This document shows, in pieces, positions 23,621-37,569 of a stretch of DNA of 64,000 bases. The stretch is from Heptranchias perlo (Eukaryota). Below the pieces are notes generated by a model. The model was not told the origin of the DNA, searched no databases, and worked only from the letters and a program-made list of their open reading frames with translations. Where the stretch lies: assembly GCF_035084215.1 (NCBI RefSeq), contig NC_090333.1, forward strand, positions 78,678,001 through 78,742,000, read 5' to 3'. A program made the position numbers and the translations under genes. How positions within the stretch are numbered: the stretch's first letter is position 1; every line of letters begins with the position of its first letter.

Positions 23621-24039
23621 TAGGGGAGAGAACTCGGTGTTCCATAAAGCAGAAGATCAACAGGAGATATCCACAATAGTATAATTGTGCATGGAGCCAT
23701 TGACTAGCCACAAGTCATTTTCTCACTCCAAACTCACCTTGTTTGGCGTTTGCATACAGCAGCTCTGACACTATTTATTTCGCCAAAAATTATATCTAAA
23801 TTTCACTTGTCTCCAAAAATCATCATGCTTTTCATCGTTGAGATGTCATTTGTTTATTATTTATGAAATAAATGAAGAAAAAAAGCCTAATCGGAGCCAC
23901 CCTAATGCTCATATAATAAGTAGGGTGCATGTTATTTCTGACCCCGAAAGCTTTGCTTAGCTGGCCAGAAACCAGATTTTAATGGAAAGTGACCTGTCAC
24001 CGTATCCACGTTTCTCGTCCATGTGGAGTATTTCTTTGT

Positions 24040-24372
24040 AAACCATCGGGTAAATGTACAGCCAGGTGTGGTACTGGACCGCACGGACCTGGAAGCCCCT
24101 AAGTTCAGTTTCCAGTCTGTGCTAAGTTAGCTAATCTTAGCTGGGGCAATGACTACAGTCGGCTTGCTGGAAAGCGCAAGTATATGAACGCTGGGAGATG
24201 ACTGGTTCGAGCTCGGCTGTTGTGCCTCCCAGGATTGGCCTGTTAACACTCACTTGCCAGACTCTTGTGAAGATAAGGACTTTGTGTGAGGCACTAGAGG
24301 CATGCTGATGTCCCTGGAATCACACTCTGGTATAAGCCACTGCCTTCACTGGAGGAGGGGTAAAGGAAGAAG
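24040..24372 (+). mobile_element. Old SINE (family C, AmnSINE2-like)
   Basis: tRNA-like head, then ctgtgctaagttagctaatcttagctgggg...gagctcggctgttgtgcc...acactcact...gccttcactggaggagggg. Related copies lie at 28735-29040, 37310-37565, 44745-44950 and 48640-48800. Confidence 0.6.
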
Positions 24373-25744
24373 TTAAGCAGACTTTTAAAACTGAGAGAGG
24401 ATGAGTGGACAAGTGTCAGATCCATTACAGTAAGGTGCTTCACATAGCCAGGCTGCATTTTCACCCTTGGTGAGTTAACTTAGAGTGCTCCTTCAACACT
24501 CAGCAACTAATTGGCTTCCTTTTCTTAAAATTATATTTGCTGTTGATCAATCATGATTATCCTTTGTGCTTCACAGAGCTTAAAAAGGCTGCAGTTTACA
24601 GCACATCTTGATGGTGGCGCTCCTGTAATCTTGGAAATTTTAACCAATGCCATCTTTCGAAACAATGTTGGCACCATTTCAGAGAGCTTGCCAACAGGTG
24701 ATAAAAAGTTGTGGAAAGGCACATGTTGTTCTCCACACGGCCGCCCAAAAGTGTAGAGAGAAGGGGAAAAAAAATCATGACTCAGGAGCAAGTGTGTGCC
24801 TGTTACTTTCTCTATAATGCAGAACTGGTTAAACTTTTTGCCATAATAGCTTTTGTAATTTTGAAGTAAAAGAACTAAATGCAGTGACGAAAATGGAAGT
24901 AGAAAATAACCTGGAAAAGGCTGCATTTGAGATGGGTTTTAGGAAGTAATCCCCTTTCACAGTAGTTGAATTGCACATGTCCCGCACATATTAAAAGCTG
25001 CACAGAACAGTGTCCCATTGTTTCTTTTTCAAGTTGCAATTGTTGCTTGATTAACTCTTAGCTGGATTCTTTGTGGAGTGAATGTAATTTGAAGCGGACC
25101 AAATTTATTAATGGAGAACAAGTAGCACTATTTTTGCTCATGGAATGGGTGGTGCAGCGGGTCAGACAGTGACCTCTGGGATCCAGGTCCAAATCCATCC
25201 CAGATAGCAGGATGGAAGTCTCCTCTGGTGACTTGAAGAGTCACACCTGAGACGTGTTTTGATAGTCTTAATCCAGTTCCTGCTGAGTTTATGGCCCCCA
25301 GCACAAAACCGCCCTGATTCAGCACGTGTCGGTATACTTAGTCCAAGTGGCTTTAGGATGACTGCTGTGGGAAATGGAAAAAGGCCCGACTGGGTAGCAT
25401 GGGGGCACTCCACCGAAGTCTAATCTGAGGTACATTATTGGAGCAGAGCAGAGAGCACTTTTCTAAACCTGACCTGGTGTGCCTGATGCTAACACTGGGT
25501 GCCCGAAATGGAAAGTGTTCCCTTTTCTCCTACATGAACATCTTGAAGCCAAGCAATTCAGTTCTATTTGTGCTTACACTCGGTTGTCCTCAAGTTTGTG
25601 AGCCTGCTGTTTTGGAAAGGGCTGCTTTTAACACAGTTGCCTTGTTATTCGATAAATCATAAATAGAACACCTGTTACTATGAGCGATTTGAGCTGTATA
25701 CAAATTAATGTGGCTTTAAACTATGTGTGGCCCCATGGTACGCA

Positions 25745-26088
25745 CCTATACTCCGATTTAAAAATTCTCATCCATGTGTTCAAATCCCTCCAAGGCCACG
25801 CCCGTCTCTAACTCTAATCTCCTCCAGCCCTACAACCCTCCAAGAATTCTGTGTTCCTCCAATTCTGGCCTCTTGTGCATCCTCGATTTCCTGCGCCCCA
25901 CCATTGGCGGCCGTACCTTCAGTTGTCTAGGCCCGAATCTCTGGAATTCCCTCCCTAAACCTCTCTGCCTCTTTACGTCTCTCCTTTTTAAGATGCTCCT
26001 TTAAAACCTGCCTCTTTGAGCAAGCTCTTGGTCACATGACCTAATATCTCCTTAAGTGGCTCAGTGTCAAATTTTGTGAGATAACCGC
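25745..26088 (+). mobile_element. L2-type 3' end
   Basis: Translates to LQPYNPPRILCSSNSGLL..RPTIGGRTFSCLGPNLWNSLP. It is followed by a Deu-SINE 5' fragment at about 26100-26240. Confidence 0.88.
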
Positions 26089-26686
26089 TAGTTTCCAACG
26101 TGTCAGCTTGGTTCAGCTGCAGTCGCTGCTCAGTCGGAATGTTGTGGGTTCAAGTCCCAATACAGACGTGAGCACATAAACTAAGCTGGCACTTCAGGGC
26201 AGTGTACTTGGAAAGTGCTGCACTGTCACCTGTGCCATTTTTTTTGTGTGGATCCTGCAGAAATAGAAAGAAAGGATCCACAGGAAGGATGCAGACTCGC
26301 TGCCAACGGCTCCTGGAGTAGGAGAGCGTATGTCTCAAATTCCACTTTATGGTATTCAGCATTACAAATTTACATGAGGTTACTTGTGAAGATTTTTGTG
26401 TGGTGAAAAATGAGTGTATTGAAAACTGTAATGGAAAATTCAGAATTCATTGGGTTGACCTTAATGACTCTGGTGAAATTGTGTGAGTTTGTGTCGAGAT
26501 AGTAACCGTGAAGGAATGTTTTTCACCCTGTAAAAATTCCATCCCTCCCTTTCCCCCCATCAATCTTAGTGTATACTTTGCTTGTAGATAACTTAACTAA
26601 ATGTTGTGCATCTAAAACCTGATGAAATGTTGTGGTTTAAACTGTAGAGTGAAAGCCAAGAGGTCAGTCAATTGCCCCATGCTTGA

Positions 26687-26700
26687 CTGCCCTCTGCTGG
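26687..26700 (-). promoter_or_regulatory. CTCF core motif
   Basis: The minus strand reads CCAGCAGAGGGCAG, matching the CCASYAGRKGGCRS consensus, in non-repeat DNA. Sequence match only. Confidence 0.45.
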
Positions 26701-27027
26701 CTAGAATCGGCATTTCTAACTTATGGAGGACATGTGAATCATAGATAGTGATTGGTGTGATATGATTCACCGGTAGTTCCAAGAAATTACATTAACTGGA
26801 ACATCCTTTTTTTTGATTCTGTCTGTATAATTACATGTGACTATTTCAGCTTAAATGCCAAATGTTGATAACATCAATATTGCTCGGAACTGGTTGAGAA
26901 TATTTCCTTCGTCAGAGAACGGGCATCTCTACTGACATTAATTCAGCTTCCTAGAGTTATGGCCTGCTAGTGTCTCTACCTGTCTGCCCAATGATGTTAT
27001 TTGCATTTATCCTGTACCTGGAGCAAG

Positions 27028-27360
27028 CCTGTGACTCAGTGGCAGCATTCCCACCTCTTAAGTCAGAAGGTGCAGAGTACGAACCCTGTTCCAGACAGTC
27101 TCTGCAAGCGGCTCTGAATTCTGGATTGACACCCAGTAGGTGTGGGTGGCTCCCCCTCATCGTAAGGGTTGTAGGAGTCCATAAAACCCTCTTGCCGTAT
27201 AGGACCGACCACCCTATGGGCTGGTATAAAGATGGTTACGGCCATGGAAGGAGCGTTCATGTCGCGGCCTGCCAGACTGTTAAATCAGCCTGCGACTCCT
27301 TCCATTGCTTCACAATATTCTCGAAGGGCAGAGGGCGAAGATACGAAAACAACAACAACG
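27028..27360 (+). mobile_element. Putative tRNA-headed SINE with (AAC)n tail
   Basis: Head gtgactcagtggcagcattcccacctcttaagtcagaaggtgcagagtacgaaccc, a CpG-retaining body and the end gaaaacaacaacaac. Confidence 0.45.
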
Positions 27361-27484
27361 TCCTAATACCAGAGCTGTCAACATTGGGCAAATATTAGTA
27401 ATGGTATTTATAATTGAAAAGAGGAAGACAAGTTGCAAACCCCATTGAAACACATGGAACTGGGTTTATTTTTGAGTGAGTTAA

Positions 27485-28325
27485 CACCAACAGTTTGTAT
27501 TTATATCGCGTCATTAACATTGAGAAACGTCCTCAGGTGCATCACACATATGTAAGGAAAAACATGCACTTAGCCAAAGAATGAAAAATTGGGAGGGTTG
27601 ACCAAGAGTTTGGCTGGATTGGTGGGTTTTTCGGAGGTGAAGGAAATGAAGAGGTTTAGGAAGGGAATTCTAGATCATTGGGCCAGGTGGCTGGAAGCTC
27701 GGCTACTAATGATGGGGTGAAGAGAGGAGGGAGCAGAAGACGCTGGAATTTGTGGAATAGAGAGCTCTGTGGGGGGGTCGGGGGGGGTGGTCGAGGAGGA
27801 GAGTTATATGGCTGGAGGAGATTACAGAGATTGTGAGTGACGAGGCCATGGATGGATTATACGAAAGTGAGAATTTTAAATTTGAGAGCTAGGGGATGGG
27901 GAACCAATATTCAGCAAAAGCAGGTGTGATGGGCAAGTGGGACGTGGTGTGGGACAGAAGCAGAGTTTTGGATGTGCTGAGATTTATAGAGGATGGAGAA
28001 TGGGAAGCCGGTCAGGACGGCATTGGAGTAATCAAGTCAGTAGGTGACAGAGGCATAAATGAGGGTTTCTGTGATAGATGGGCTGAGGTAGGGGCAGAAA
28101 TGGGCATTGTTATGTAGGCGGGCTTTGTGATGGGGAGGATATGGGGCTGGTAATTCAGCTTGGTGTTGATTAGGATTTTAAATTTCTGAACTCTCTGGTT
28201 TAGCCTAAGACGGCGACCAGGGAGGAGATTATATTCAGTGGTGAGCATGTGGAGTTTGTGGCGGGGCCGAAGACCATGGCTTCGGTCTTCCCAGTGATTA
28301 GCTGGAAGAAATTACTGCTCATCAA
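27485..28325 (-). mobile_element. Decayed L2 LINE 3' fragment
   Basis: Tail caacagtttgtatttatatcgcg. The minus strand encodes NTKLNYQPHILPITKPAY and 'aatcactgggaagaccgaagccatgg' (KTEAM). Confidence 0.8.
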
Positions 28326-30489
28326 AGTAGCTTCCATTAAACCAAAATAAATTAATCTCATTCCAAATAAGTGATGGATTTGTGTATATAGCCACTAATT
28401 TTGGTAATGCCATTAGTTCTGCAACCTTCTGAGGTTTTGGTATGGTGACCGATTCAGTAATGGGTCTGGCTGCAGTTGATTGGGAAGACGGGGCTGCAGT
28501 GTCTTCAGCCTGCCCATGTGGAAGATCGCAGTCCTGATTGCTGCTTTGTTTACAAGTATATTTGTGAGTTAATTTCATGGCTCTTCCTCTTTTCAAAAAG
28601 AAAATGGATACTCCGAGATGAAGGGCCAAGGTCCATTGTGCTCAACATCACCAAGGCTGAAAAGAGTAGCAGAGAAGATGGGCCAAGTTAAGCAGTTGTG
28701 GTCGAGTGATGTCGAGCTTGGGTTTTAAAAGCAGAATGTAACTCGGCCGTACAGATGAAGAAAGTCGCCGCATTGATCCCTGCTCTGTTCTACTCAGTTT
28801 GCTGACTTCATCAGTGCATTACAGCTAATTTGAACTCCTTGGGCGAGGGACGGAGAAATGGCGGGGGGGGTTGAGAAATCATCCAGGGTATCGAGCTCGG
28901 CTGTGATGCCTGCCGATGCTCACACATGAATAATGACCCCCCCCCCCCACCCCCAGGTGAATTACTGGCAGGCAGCTAGTGGCCAAAAAACCATATGCTA
29001 GCATGAATTAGCACCATCAGATGAGGAGAGAAATAAACCGGAGGCGGAAAAGTAAGAGCTCTAAAACACAGTTGCATTGTTAAACCTTTTACAGTTCACA
29101 TGCTCTGGTCTGAAGTATGTTGTACAAATAATAGAGACTTGCAGAACTGCATTCATATTCACACAGATCTGCAATCATTTTAAACTATCTGGATACTGCT
29201 TCCCAAGCCTCCTGCGTGCACCTTCCTATGGATGTGTTCCAGTCGCTGAATACAATTCATTGGGGATTAGCGTCTCTCAATCTGACTGAAATCCAGAGCT
29301 CCCCTTTATATTTAGTCTAATGCCAGCAGTCATCTGACCTGTCTCTCGTTGATTTATCTCATTTCAGTCCTTATCTCCTGCGCGTGAGGAGGCAAATTGC
29401 AGAGCGATTCCTTCATCGTCACCTGCTTGCAGTAAGCCAAGCACCAGAGTCTAGCCTTGCTGCAGTCACTTCCACTTAAATCAGAAATCTGCTGAAGTGT
29501 AAAAAGAGCAAAAAGTGTCCCTATCTACAATTTTTGGCCTCGTTGCAGCAATCCAGTCTATTCCACTTGTGTCACTCTCTGATAACTACTGTCATTTATC
29601 AGCTTTATGGCACTGACTGTAACAATGTGTGTTCTGGATATGAACTTGCAATGCTCTACAGGCCAGACAGGAAGGGAGTGTTTGGTAGAATGCACTAACT
29701 CTAGCCAGCTGCACTTTGTGGTGTCTCAGTGAAAGGATGTGACACTGTTTCTAAGAATCCTTTTAAGGGTGAAGGAACCCACAATAACTTTTATTTGTAC
29801 ATAGGCAGCAAAAAGTGAAGCCACTTCTGCACCCCGTGACGACAAATCTTGCTCATCACGAAGGCTTTCTATCCGCTCAAATGCTCCTTTTTGACGACTT
29901 TGGAATTCCCTTCCTCCAATTCCCCTCCCATGCTTCTGAAATATCCCCCCTTCCCCTCCGTGCTGCCGGTATCGCACTGCCCTTCTATCTCTGTCTGACA
30001 GCCACCCGTTCCCTTCTCTAGGGGCATCTCGTTTTCTGACTCCCCCTTCCCCCAACTTGGAAAGCCTCCCACATCCCATTTTAAAACTACTCCATCACTG
30101 CTGCTTTTCTTGCACTCACCATCACAAGAAGTGCGTTAGGGGGTTGGAAGAACTGTTCAAAATATATGCATAGAAAATTCCAATAAGTGAGCCCCTCCAA
30201 AAATGACCTCTTCACCACTGTTACTATCCGTGCCTCTATCTGTATATTTGATAACTCAAGTTACTGTTCTTCCTACGTAGTCACTATGATATTTGTGGAA
30301 TGTCGACTAAAATGCTGCAAATTCAACATTGCTGTATAGTTTCAACATTTCTTCAGCTGTGCTTAATAAGATTAGCAGCTGCATAAATATGTTATGAAAT
30401 TCTGTTGCGGGATTTTCTCTAATTAATGAACAAAATGGAGTGGCAAGCCACTTACCCATTATGGTAGTTTTTTTTTGAAAAAAAGAAAC

Positions 30490-30655
30490 TGCAAATAACA
30501 GAAAGTTGGAATAAAAACAGAAAGTCCTGGAAATTCGCAGCAGCTCGTGAGTTTTAATGAAGGTTTTCCAACTGAAACATGAACCTGCCTTTTCTCTTTT
30601 CAGATGCTGGCAGATCTGCTGTGTATTTCCAGCACTTTCTGTCTCTCTATTTCAA
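30490..30655. mobile_element. Decayed Penelope-derived inverted (hairpin) element
   Basis: aataaaaacagaaagtcctggaaat pairs with atttccagcactttctgtctctctatt. There is an eroded hammerhead-like ttaatgaagg...tgaaac inside. Confidence 0.65.
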
Positions 30656-31449
30656 GGGCTGTAGCTTGTCTCCGTCTCCCTCCTCCCCTCTCTGCTTGTC
30701 TTGGGAGGATGAAACTGCGGATGTAGATGGTGTGATGTGAAAAAGAACAGAACCTTTGTGGGGGAGGAGAGCCAAGTGCAGTAGATCCACTGTTTTTTTT
30801 TTGTGGAACACTCTAAGGAATTCGGGGAAGCAGGATGGATTTATAAACACGCAGGATGGATTTTTAGCATTGGCGGAGGGAGAATGTACATGTTAAGTGT
30901 CGGTCACTTGTGATAAGATAAATAAGATTTATCGAAATATCACAGTACGTAGTGTCAGAGTTGTTGGAGCACTTGGATAAAGTGCTCAGAAGGTGCTAAC
31001 CGAAAATGACTAACGCAGTTACTGCTTTAAAATACTTGAAAATCCTGCCGATTGTATTAATGTTCGAGGATTCATCGCTCCTCTGAACAGGGCAGTTCGA
31101 GTTCAGTTGTGGTGCTTCTGTGAGATGTCTACCTGAGAATTCTCACCATCTTCTGCAAGAATCCACAGAAAATAGCATGTTGGTTAGTGACCCCTCTGTC
31201 TGTCCACTTCCCCTTGGGTGTTTTTTTAACCTTATTTTTTGGTAAATTTTATGCTGTCCAAGTTGAGGGGCGTTTGCGCTGGGGAAATGGAACACTTTCC
31301 GCTTTAGGCATCTGGTGTAAGCACTGAGTGGTGAACTATAGCATGGTTTGAGAAATCCAAGTGCAGTGCATAGCTCCGCTCCCTCTACAGCAGAGCACCC
31401 CGTTGTAGTAGTACGATGTTTCCATTTCCCACCCCATTCATCCTCTGGT

Positions 31450-31650
31450 CTTCCAAAGTGAGTTGGCTGATTTGTGCCAGTTTCATGCACTTTGGGGGCT
31501 GGATTGAGATGATCCGCACTCATTTCATGTGGCATCCTTACAGCCAGCAGGCAGAGGAAACTTCGATTCTGGAAGTCCGGACTGGATTTGAACCCAGGTC
31601 TCCGAGGTAAAGGGGACAGTGTTTAACCCATTCTATCACTCGGTCTTCCG
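31450..31650 (-). mobile_element. LF-SINE-like tRNA SINE fragment
   Basis: The minus strand reads cctttacctcggagacctgggttcaaatccagtcc...ggctgtaaggatgccacatgaaatgagt...tctcaatccag. Related heads lie at about 8140, 14770 and 25145. The family name is from memory. Confidence 0.55.
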
Positions 31651-32599
31651 CTTCTCCTCATACTCGGCAAAACTTTGCTGCCCTGTTCAGCACACCCAAC
31701 GCCTGTGTTTTGAGTGCCCCTGCAAATCCCATCCCAGTAGACCCTGGCGGAGGAGAGTCAGAAGTAAAAGTTTCCAGGTTTACTGATGAGTCCTGTAGGC
31801 CGTGGGCTCGAGTCCCAGTATTCCTTGACATCTGAACCAGTTTGTGTTATGTTTCAGTGTCTGATACAAGCTACGGTTTCCCACAGCAAAACTTCCCTCT
31901 GGCTCCCTGAGTATAGAAGGACTTATTGTCTTGAAGCTGAGACGTAGTCAGTGGTTCACTAATTTACCCTTCCAGCTGAAGGAGGCTGCTTAGAGGCCAG
32001 AACCCATGTCGGAGATCAGATGTCACACACAAATTTGAAACACGGACTTAACCTTCTTCCTGCCTCCTACTGCCAAACTTATAATTTTACAATCCGTAAA
32101 GTGCATGATCATTTGTGGCTTGAAGAACAAAAATCAGGATGAATAATTCATGTTAAGAGTGAAATCCCAGCATGTTTTGAGAGTGGGCGGATATGTACAA
32201 CATGCTATGGGGTCCAGGCGTGACCGAAATCTGGCCTCTCCAAGCTGTCAGATGATGGTTTCCCTGGGTAAAAATATCGCTTCCTCATTTCGCCCATGTG
32301 CCAGATGCTTAATATTGTACTGTGTATGTCACATTCTGTACTTATGTGAGTTAGTCATTAGCAGTAGATGTGTGAACGATTCCTATATTCTGCTTGTCGT
32401 TATCCCCAAGCTGTTCTGTTTAAATGGGTGATTCATTCAATCACTTCTGGCAGTTAGTTTCTAGGTTAGTGAACTATTCGTTTATACAATGCGCTTCAAT
32501 GCAGGAGAATGTCTTCGAGCACTTTGGTAATGTGATGGACAAATGAGGCGTGGGGAATGGAGAGCTTAGGATGGGGCAAGAAAGGCATAGTCTAAGAGG

Positions 32600-33015
32600 A
32601 GAGTTTGGAGGGGGTTGTTCAAAGCAGGGAGGGCGGATGGAACTAGTTAGAAAATTCCACAGGGTAGGTATGTAGTGTTGAACGAGCAGCTGTCGATTGT
32701 GGAGAGAGAGAGAGCAGTGAGGAGAATTCCAGCATTAGAGGGGAGGGTGTGCGCACGGACGTAGGGCAGGAAGAGATCACGGAGGCATCGTGGGGCGAGG
32801 CCATGGAGGGATTTGAAAACGAGGACTGGAATTTTGAAATGGACCTGCTGAAATGGGGCACAGCGTCTGGAGCTTGGAGAGGTGAGAGGTGATGTAGGTG
32901 AGGATGTGGGCTGTAAAGTTATCAATGAGTTGAAGCTTGTGAGAGGTTGATGTAAGAGGACAGCTATGAGGCCTGCTGAAGAATTCCAGCCTTGAGGTGC
33001 CGAAGACATGAACTT
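32600..33015 (-). mobile_element. Decayed L2 3' fragment
   Basis: ORF 32647-33009 contains QVHFKIPVLVFKSLHGLAPRCLRDL. Confidence 0.8.
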
Positions 33016-35989
33016 TGACTTTTGGTGGCAGATGTGGGGGTGGGGGTGGGGGGGGGGGGGGTGGTTGGAATTAAAAGTTGATTCCAGCTAAGTGGTTTTG
33101 AAGCTCCAACAGGGAAAGTGGGAGAGTTGGGAGGATGTAAGTTTGGCCCACAGCTTCAGTTCAGCTCCTTCCACTGGGTTGCACAGAGCAGACAGCTCTG
33201 TGTACAGGTCATGGCTTCACCTTGGGGGGGGGGGCGAGTGGGGAGAGGAAATCAGCTGGGGGTGTTGTCACCTCATTGCCTCATGGGAAGCCAGGCAAAG
33301 AGAGCATTGGCAGAGGTCTGGAAAGCAGCCTGCTCATTGGCCCTCTTAGCAGCAGGCGCGCAGGACCTTGAAATAAAGGGGTGGGAGGAGGGGGTCTTTT
33401 CTCTGGAAAAGAATAAAACATGGGTCCATTTCAAATGTGACATGTACCAAGCAGCCGCAGGATTTTTTTTGCATGTTTAAGTCAGTTGTTTGAGATGACA
33501 CAGCAGTTGAAGTATTTGGAAGGTCAGCAGCTCATAGAGAATGTGGTGAATGGAACCCAGGTGGAAAATTGAACTGGTCTTACACACGTAGTTCTTAAAT
33601 GTGACATAAGCATCAAACAACTTTAAGATATTATTCTGTTGTTCGTCAGCCACGTACAAATCTAATTACAGCAGTGTGATGAACTTCATTGTAAAGGGAG
33701 TGTCCCCGCCTAGTGGCAGGGAATAAGTTCTGCAGGAAGTAAGGTATTAACAGATAATATTTAACATTTCTCTTCACTGCGTTTCTTGCATTTTTGATTT
33801 ATCGTACTCTGGCTGGTTGGCTACCAGAGCTGGAACATGCTTGGTCTGACCCCTGGAAGTGGAGTGCATCTGATCCAGCATGCTAGGCGCAGGGAGACCT
33901 AATTGGGGGAGGGGGGAGAGGAAGAACTCTGTCCTTTATATTCCCAATTGGAAACAGTTAACAATTGTTTGCTGGGGAAGGCTTGCTGGATAATGCACTA
34001 GGCTATGAAAAATCTGAAACGTGCTCATTACCATCCAGCAGAATTGCTCTAGCTCAGATTTATAAGACACCAGTCCTTGTTGCAGTTGTCTGTGTGATTG
34101 GATGCTGTCATTAGGATACCAGATTTATACAAAAGAAAAATAGGGATAACCTCTTAAAATGAGGGTTTCTTTGTTGTTTTCCTAGTATTGCACTACATTC
34201 GTTGTAATCCCAGAAAACAAATGTTGCATTAATATCTGGTATGATGTGCCTTGTGCAGTCATACCAGTGTAGAGCTTATGGCTTATACCCAGTCGTTCAC
34301 AGCCACCTGAACACAACAGTTATTATATCTTACCTGTTGCTCCCTGCGATTTCCGAAGGCGCTCTAAACAAATTATGTGTAGTGTAGAACCCGCAGTATA
34401 TTTTCTGTGTTTCACTTAATGTATCTTCTCACTTGCTCTTTTCAGCTTTAGTGTTATTCTGACAATGGGCTTTGGCTCTTCACCTAGTTTTATCAGTAAT
34501 TAAAAACATTGGAAACATTACTAAATTGAACTAAACTTGCTTCAGACTGAGATTGATTTGTGTGTGTAATATAGTATTGCTGCACAGTGTAATCCCCATA
34601 ATCTGCCACAGTGAATGCCACTCTCTCTGCGTGCACTGGTTTTAATTGCTGGCAGGTGTCAGAATATGCCATCTTTATTGGCTGATTCATCAAGTGATAT
34701 ACTTGAGAGGAAGATAGTTAATGTCTCAACAATATTGCCTGTGACACACAAGGCTTCTTTTAGCACAAATACATTGCCATGACTGCTCAGCTTTAGTTTG
34801 GTTTTCAGCTCAGTTTCAGTCTCTGGTATGCACACTCTGACTCTGAGCAGGAATATTGCCTTACCCACATACAAACATCATATTGGGAAGTATGTGAAAG
34901 GCAGTTTCCTCCTGAGGTCTTGCAGATTATTTGACTGTGTAAAAAAAAATGCTCTGAAGAAGATATTTTAATGCTTTGGACACTGATTTTTACCTTGGTA
35001 GAAATATTTAGAAAACAATCACCAGTAACTTGCTTATTTCTGCTTTTGTGTAATTAATCTTGTGAATAAATTTGACTTGTGTTTAGCTTGTATGAAACTG
35101 TTTGTAGCGTGGTATTTACTGCCTTTTATAGTGGACAGGAGAGCATGGTGGGCATCCCACATGGTCACCAGTGTGACATACTGTAGTTAGGGGTAACCGT
35201 TGAGCCCATGGCATCCTATCTCTCTCATAGCACACACAAGGGTGCAGATTTCGGCTCATAGGGGACTTACAGAAATTGTGCTGTGAACGTTTGCTAAGTT
35301 TTGGAAATGAGCCTGAATCATAACAGGTGATGGCACATAAAGTAGGATAAATATCAGTCGCACATCGAACAAAGTTTAAACTAACTTACCGTGGTTTAGC
35401 TTCTGATTGCTACCATGAGCTGAACAATTCCAATAAAAAGCCAATATTATTGAAAAGCCTGTTTTCAGAGGGGCACCAAACATCGGCAGCTGAAGAAGGA
35501 GCTTCTCCATCACTAGGAACTGTGGTAGTAAAAGTGAAGTTCAGGAGCTAAGAAACGTGCCAGCCAAACTGACCCCTGCCTGCTTCAGGTTTTCTCCTCC
35601 TTCTGTCGTTTTTGGGTAGGGTATGAGCATAACTGGCATCTTAACTCCTCTAAATGTTAGTGGAAACAGGCTAAATTTTTTTTAAAACATTGCACGTGGC
35701 AACAGGCCACTTACACAAAAGCTGGTGCATACACTGTTTATAACCGTTTTATATTTGAACCTGGCCTGTCTCAAAGTAGGAGGAGTCAAGTTGTTCCAAA
35801 GCCAGTTTTATTATGAGAAGGGCATGAGCAGGTGGGTGGGTCAGTTTGTGGGAGATGCTGTTTTCTCCAGACTGTTGGTGAAAGTGTCTTACATCACAAA
35901 CATGGCAGTGTGAGGAGCAGGAGAGCGTAGCAATGTAAAACTGGAAATTCTGGTAACAGCAGGTTTAAAAAAAAAACTCTGCATTTTTT

Positions 35990-36692
35990 AAATTCATTCA
36001 TGGGATGTGGGCGTCGCTGGCGAGGCCAGCATTTATTGCCCATCCCTAATTGCCCTTGAGAAGGTGGTGGTGAGCTGCCTTCTTGAACCGCCTGCAGTCC
36101 ATGTGGTGAAGGTTCTCCCACAGTGCTGTTAGGAAGGGAGTTCCAGGATTTTGACCCAGCAACAATGAAGGAACGGCGATATATTTCCAAGTCGGGATGG
36201 TGTGTGACTTGGAGGGGAACGTGCAGGTGGTAATGTTCCCATGTGCTTGCTGTCCTTGTCCTTCTCCTTCTCGGTGGTAGAGGTCGTGGGTTTGGGAGGT
36301 GCTGTCGAAGAAGCCTTGGCGAGTTGCTGCAGTGCATCCTGTGGATGGTACACACTGCAGCCACAGTGCGCCTGTGTGAAGGGAGTGAATGTTTCGGGTG
36401 GTGGATGGGGTGCCAATCAAGCAGGCTGCTTTGTCCTGGATGGTGTTGAGCTTCTTGAGTGTTGTTGGAGCTGTACTCATCCAGGCAAGTGGAGAGTATT
36501 CCATCACACTCCTGACTTGTGCCTTGTAGATGGTGGAAAGGCTTTGGGGAGTCAGGAGGTGAGTCACTCGCTGCATAATATCCAGCCTCTGACCTGCTCT
36601 TGTAGCCACAGTATTTATATGGCTGGTCCAGTTAAATTTCTGGTCAATGGTGACCCCCAGGATGTTGATGGTGGGGGATTTGGCGATGGTAA
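35990..36692 (-). mobile_element. Family-B LINE 3' fragment
   Basis: Translates to SPTINILGVTIDQKFNWTSHINTVATRAGQRL...YKAQVRSVMEYS. It is nearly identical to 20820-21510. Confidence 0.96.
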
Positions 36693-37569
36693 GGCATTTA
36701 TCAGACTTAGTGCAAGATAGTCCAAATGCTTTTGGGTATCTGTCTGTTAATGTGGCAATTTTTCTGTCAAACCTGCAGGAATATGGAAGACTTTGTAACC
36801 TGGGTGGACTCTTCAAAGATCAAGCAGCATGTAATGGAGTACAATGAAGAGGTATTTTTAACAACTTGCTTGACAATCTATTGCATGTTTTTTTTCTTGA
36901 TTGACTTGTGCCCGTGGAGATTTGTTACCCGTAACAGCCTGTCATAGGACAGGGTAGCAGTACTGCTCAGTTACTATATGTATGTATGTATATGCGCACG
37001 CACACGCACGTACTCACATTTAGTAGCCACATTGTTCTAATGGAAAATGCAGAGTTAAAATTTAAGTATAGATCCCCTTCGACCCCTTAGCTGTTGTCTG
37101 CTCTGATGGTGAGATCTGCCCCAGGTGGATTTTAGTTTTCTAATTTAACATGACACTTGAAGCGAGCGCATTGCGGACTATGTCACAAGTCACTCCGATG
37201 CTATAATGTATTCATGATTACCAGTATAAGTCTGACTCCTTGGCTGGAGCTGGACACCTGGCCTGCCAGCTGGAAATGACGACTTGCACAGGATGATGTA
37301 GAAAGAGGCGCAGTGGCTTAAAGCATGCCTGCTGTGGAATGTAGTCATACAGACCAGGGAGGTGTCACAGTGAAACAGTGTACCATATTTACTTAGCTGA
37401 GGTCAAGGAGGGCAGTGGTGGCTTCTATGTCCCTGGTTTGAGGATGGGACAAAACAACAAGCGTTTCCACTCCTGAGCACTGTTCCCTGCTGTGTGTGTG
37501 GTTGTTGGATGAGGACAGGATTGTGCTCAACTGTGATGCTTCCTGCTGTTGAATAGCCAGCTGACTCTT

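Noticed and set aside
26100-26165. tRNA-like sequence (also the heads at about 5085-5145 and 42275-42332)
   Set aside because: These are tRNA-derived SINE heads followed by SINE body, without a complete cloverleaf.
33035-33068. G-run with G-quadruplex potential (a similar C-run lies at 20761-20795)
   Set aside because: Poly-G tracts are frequent throughout the window and nothing marks this one as functional.
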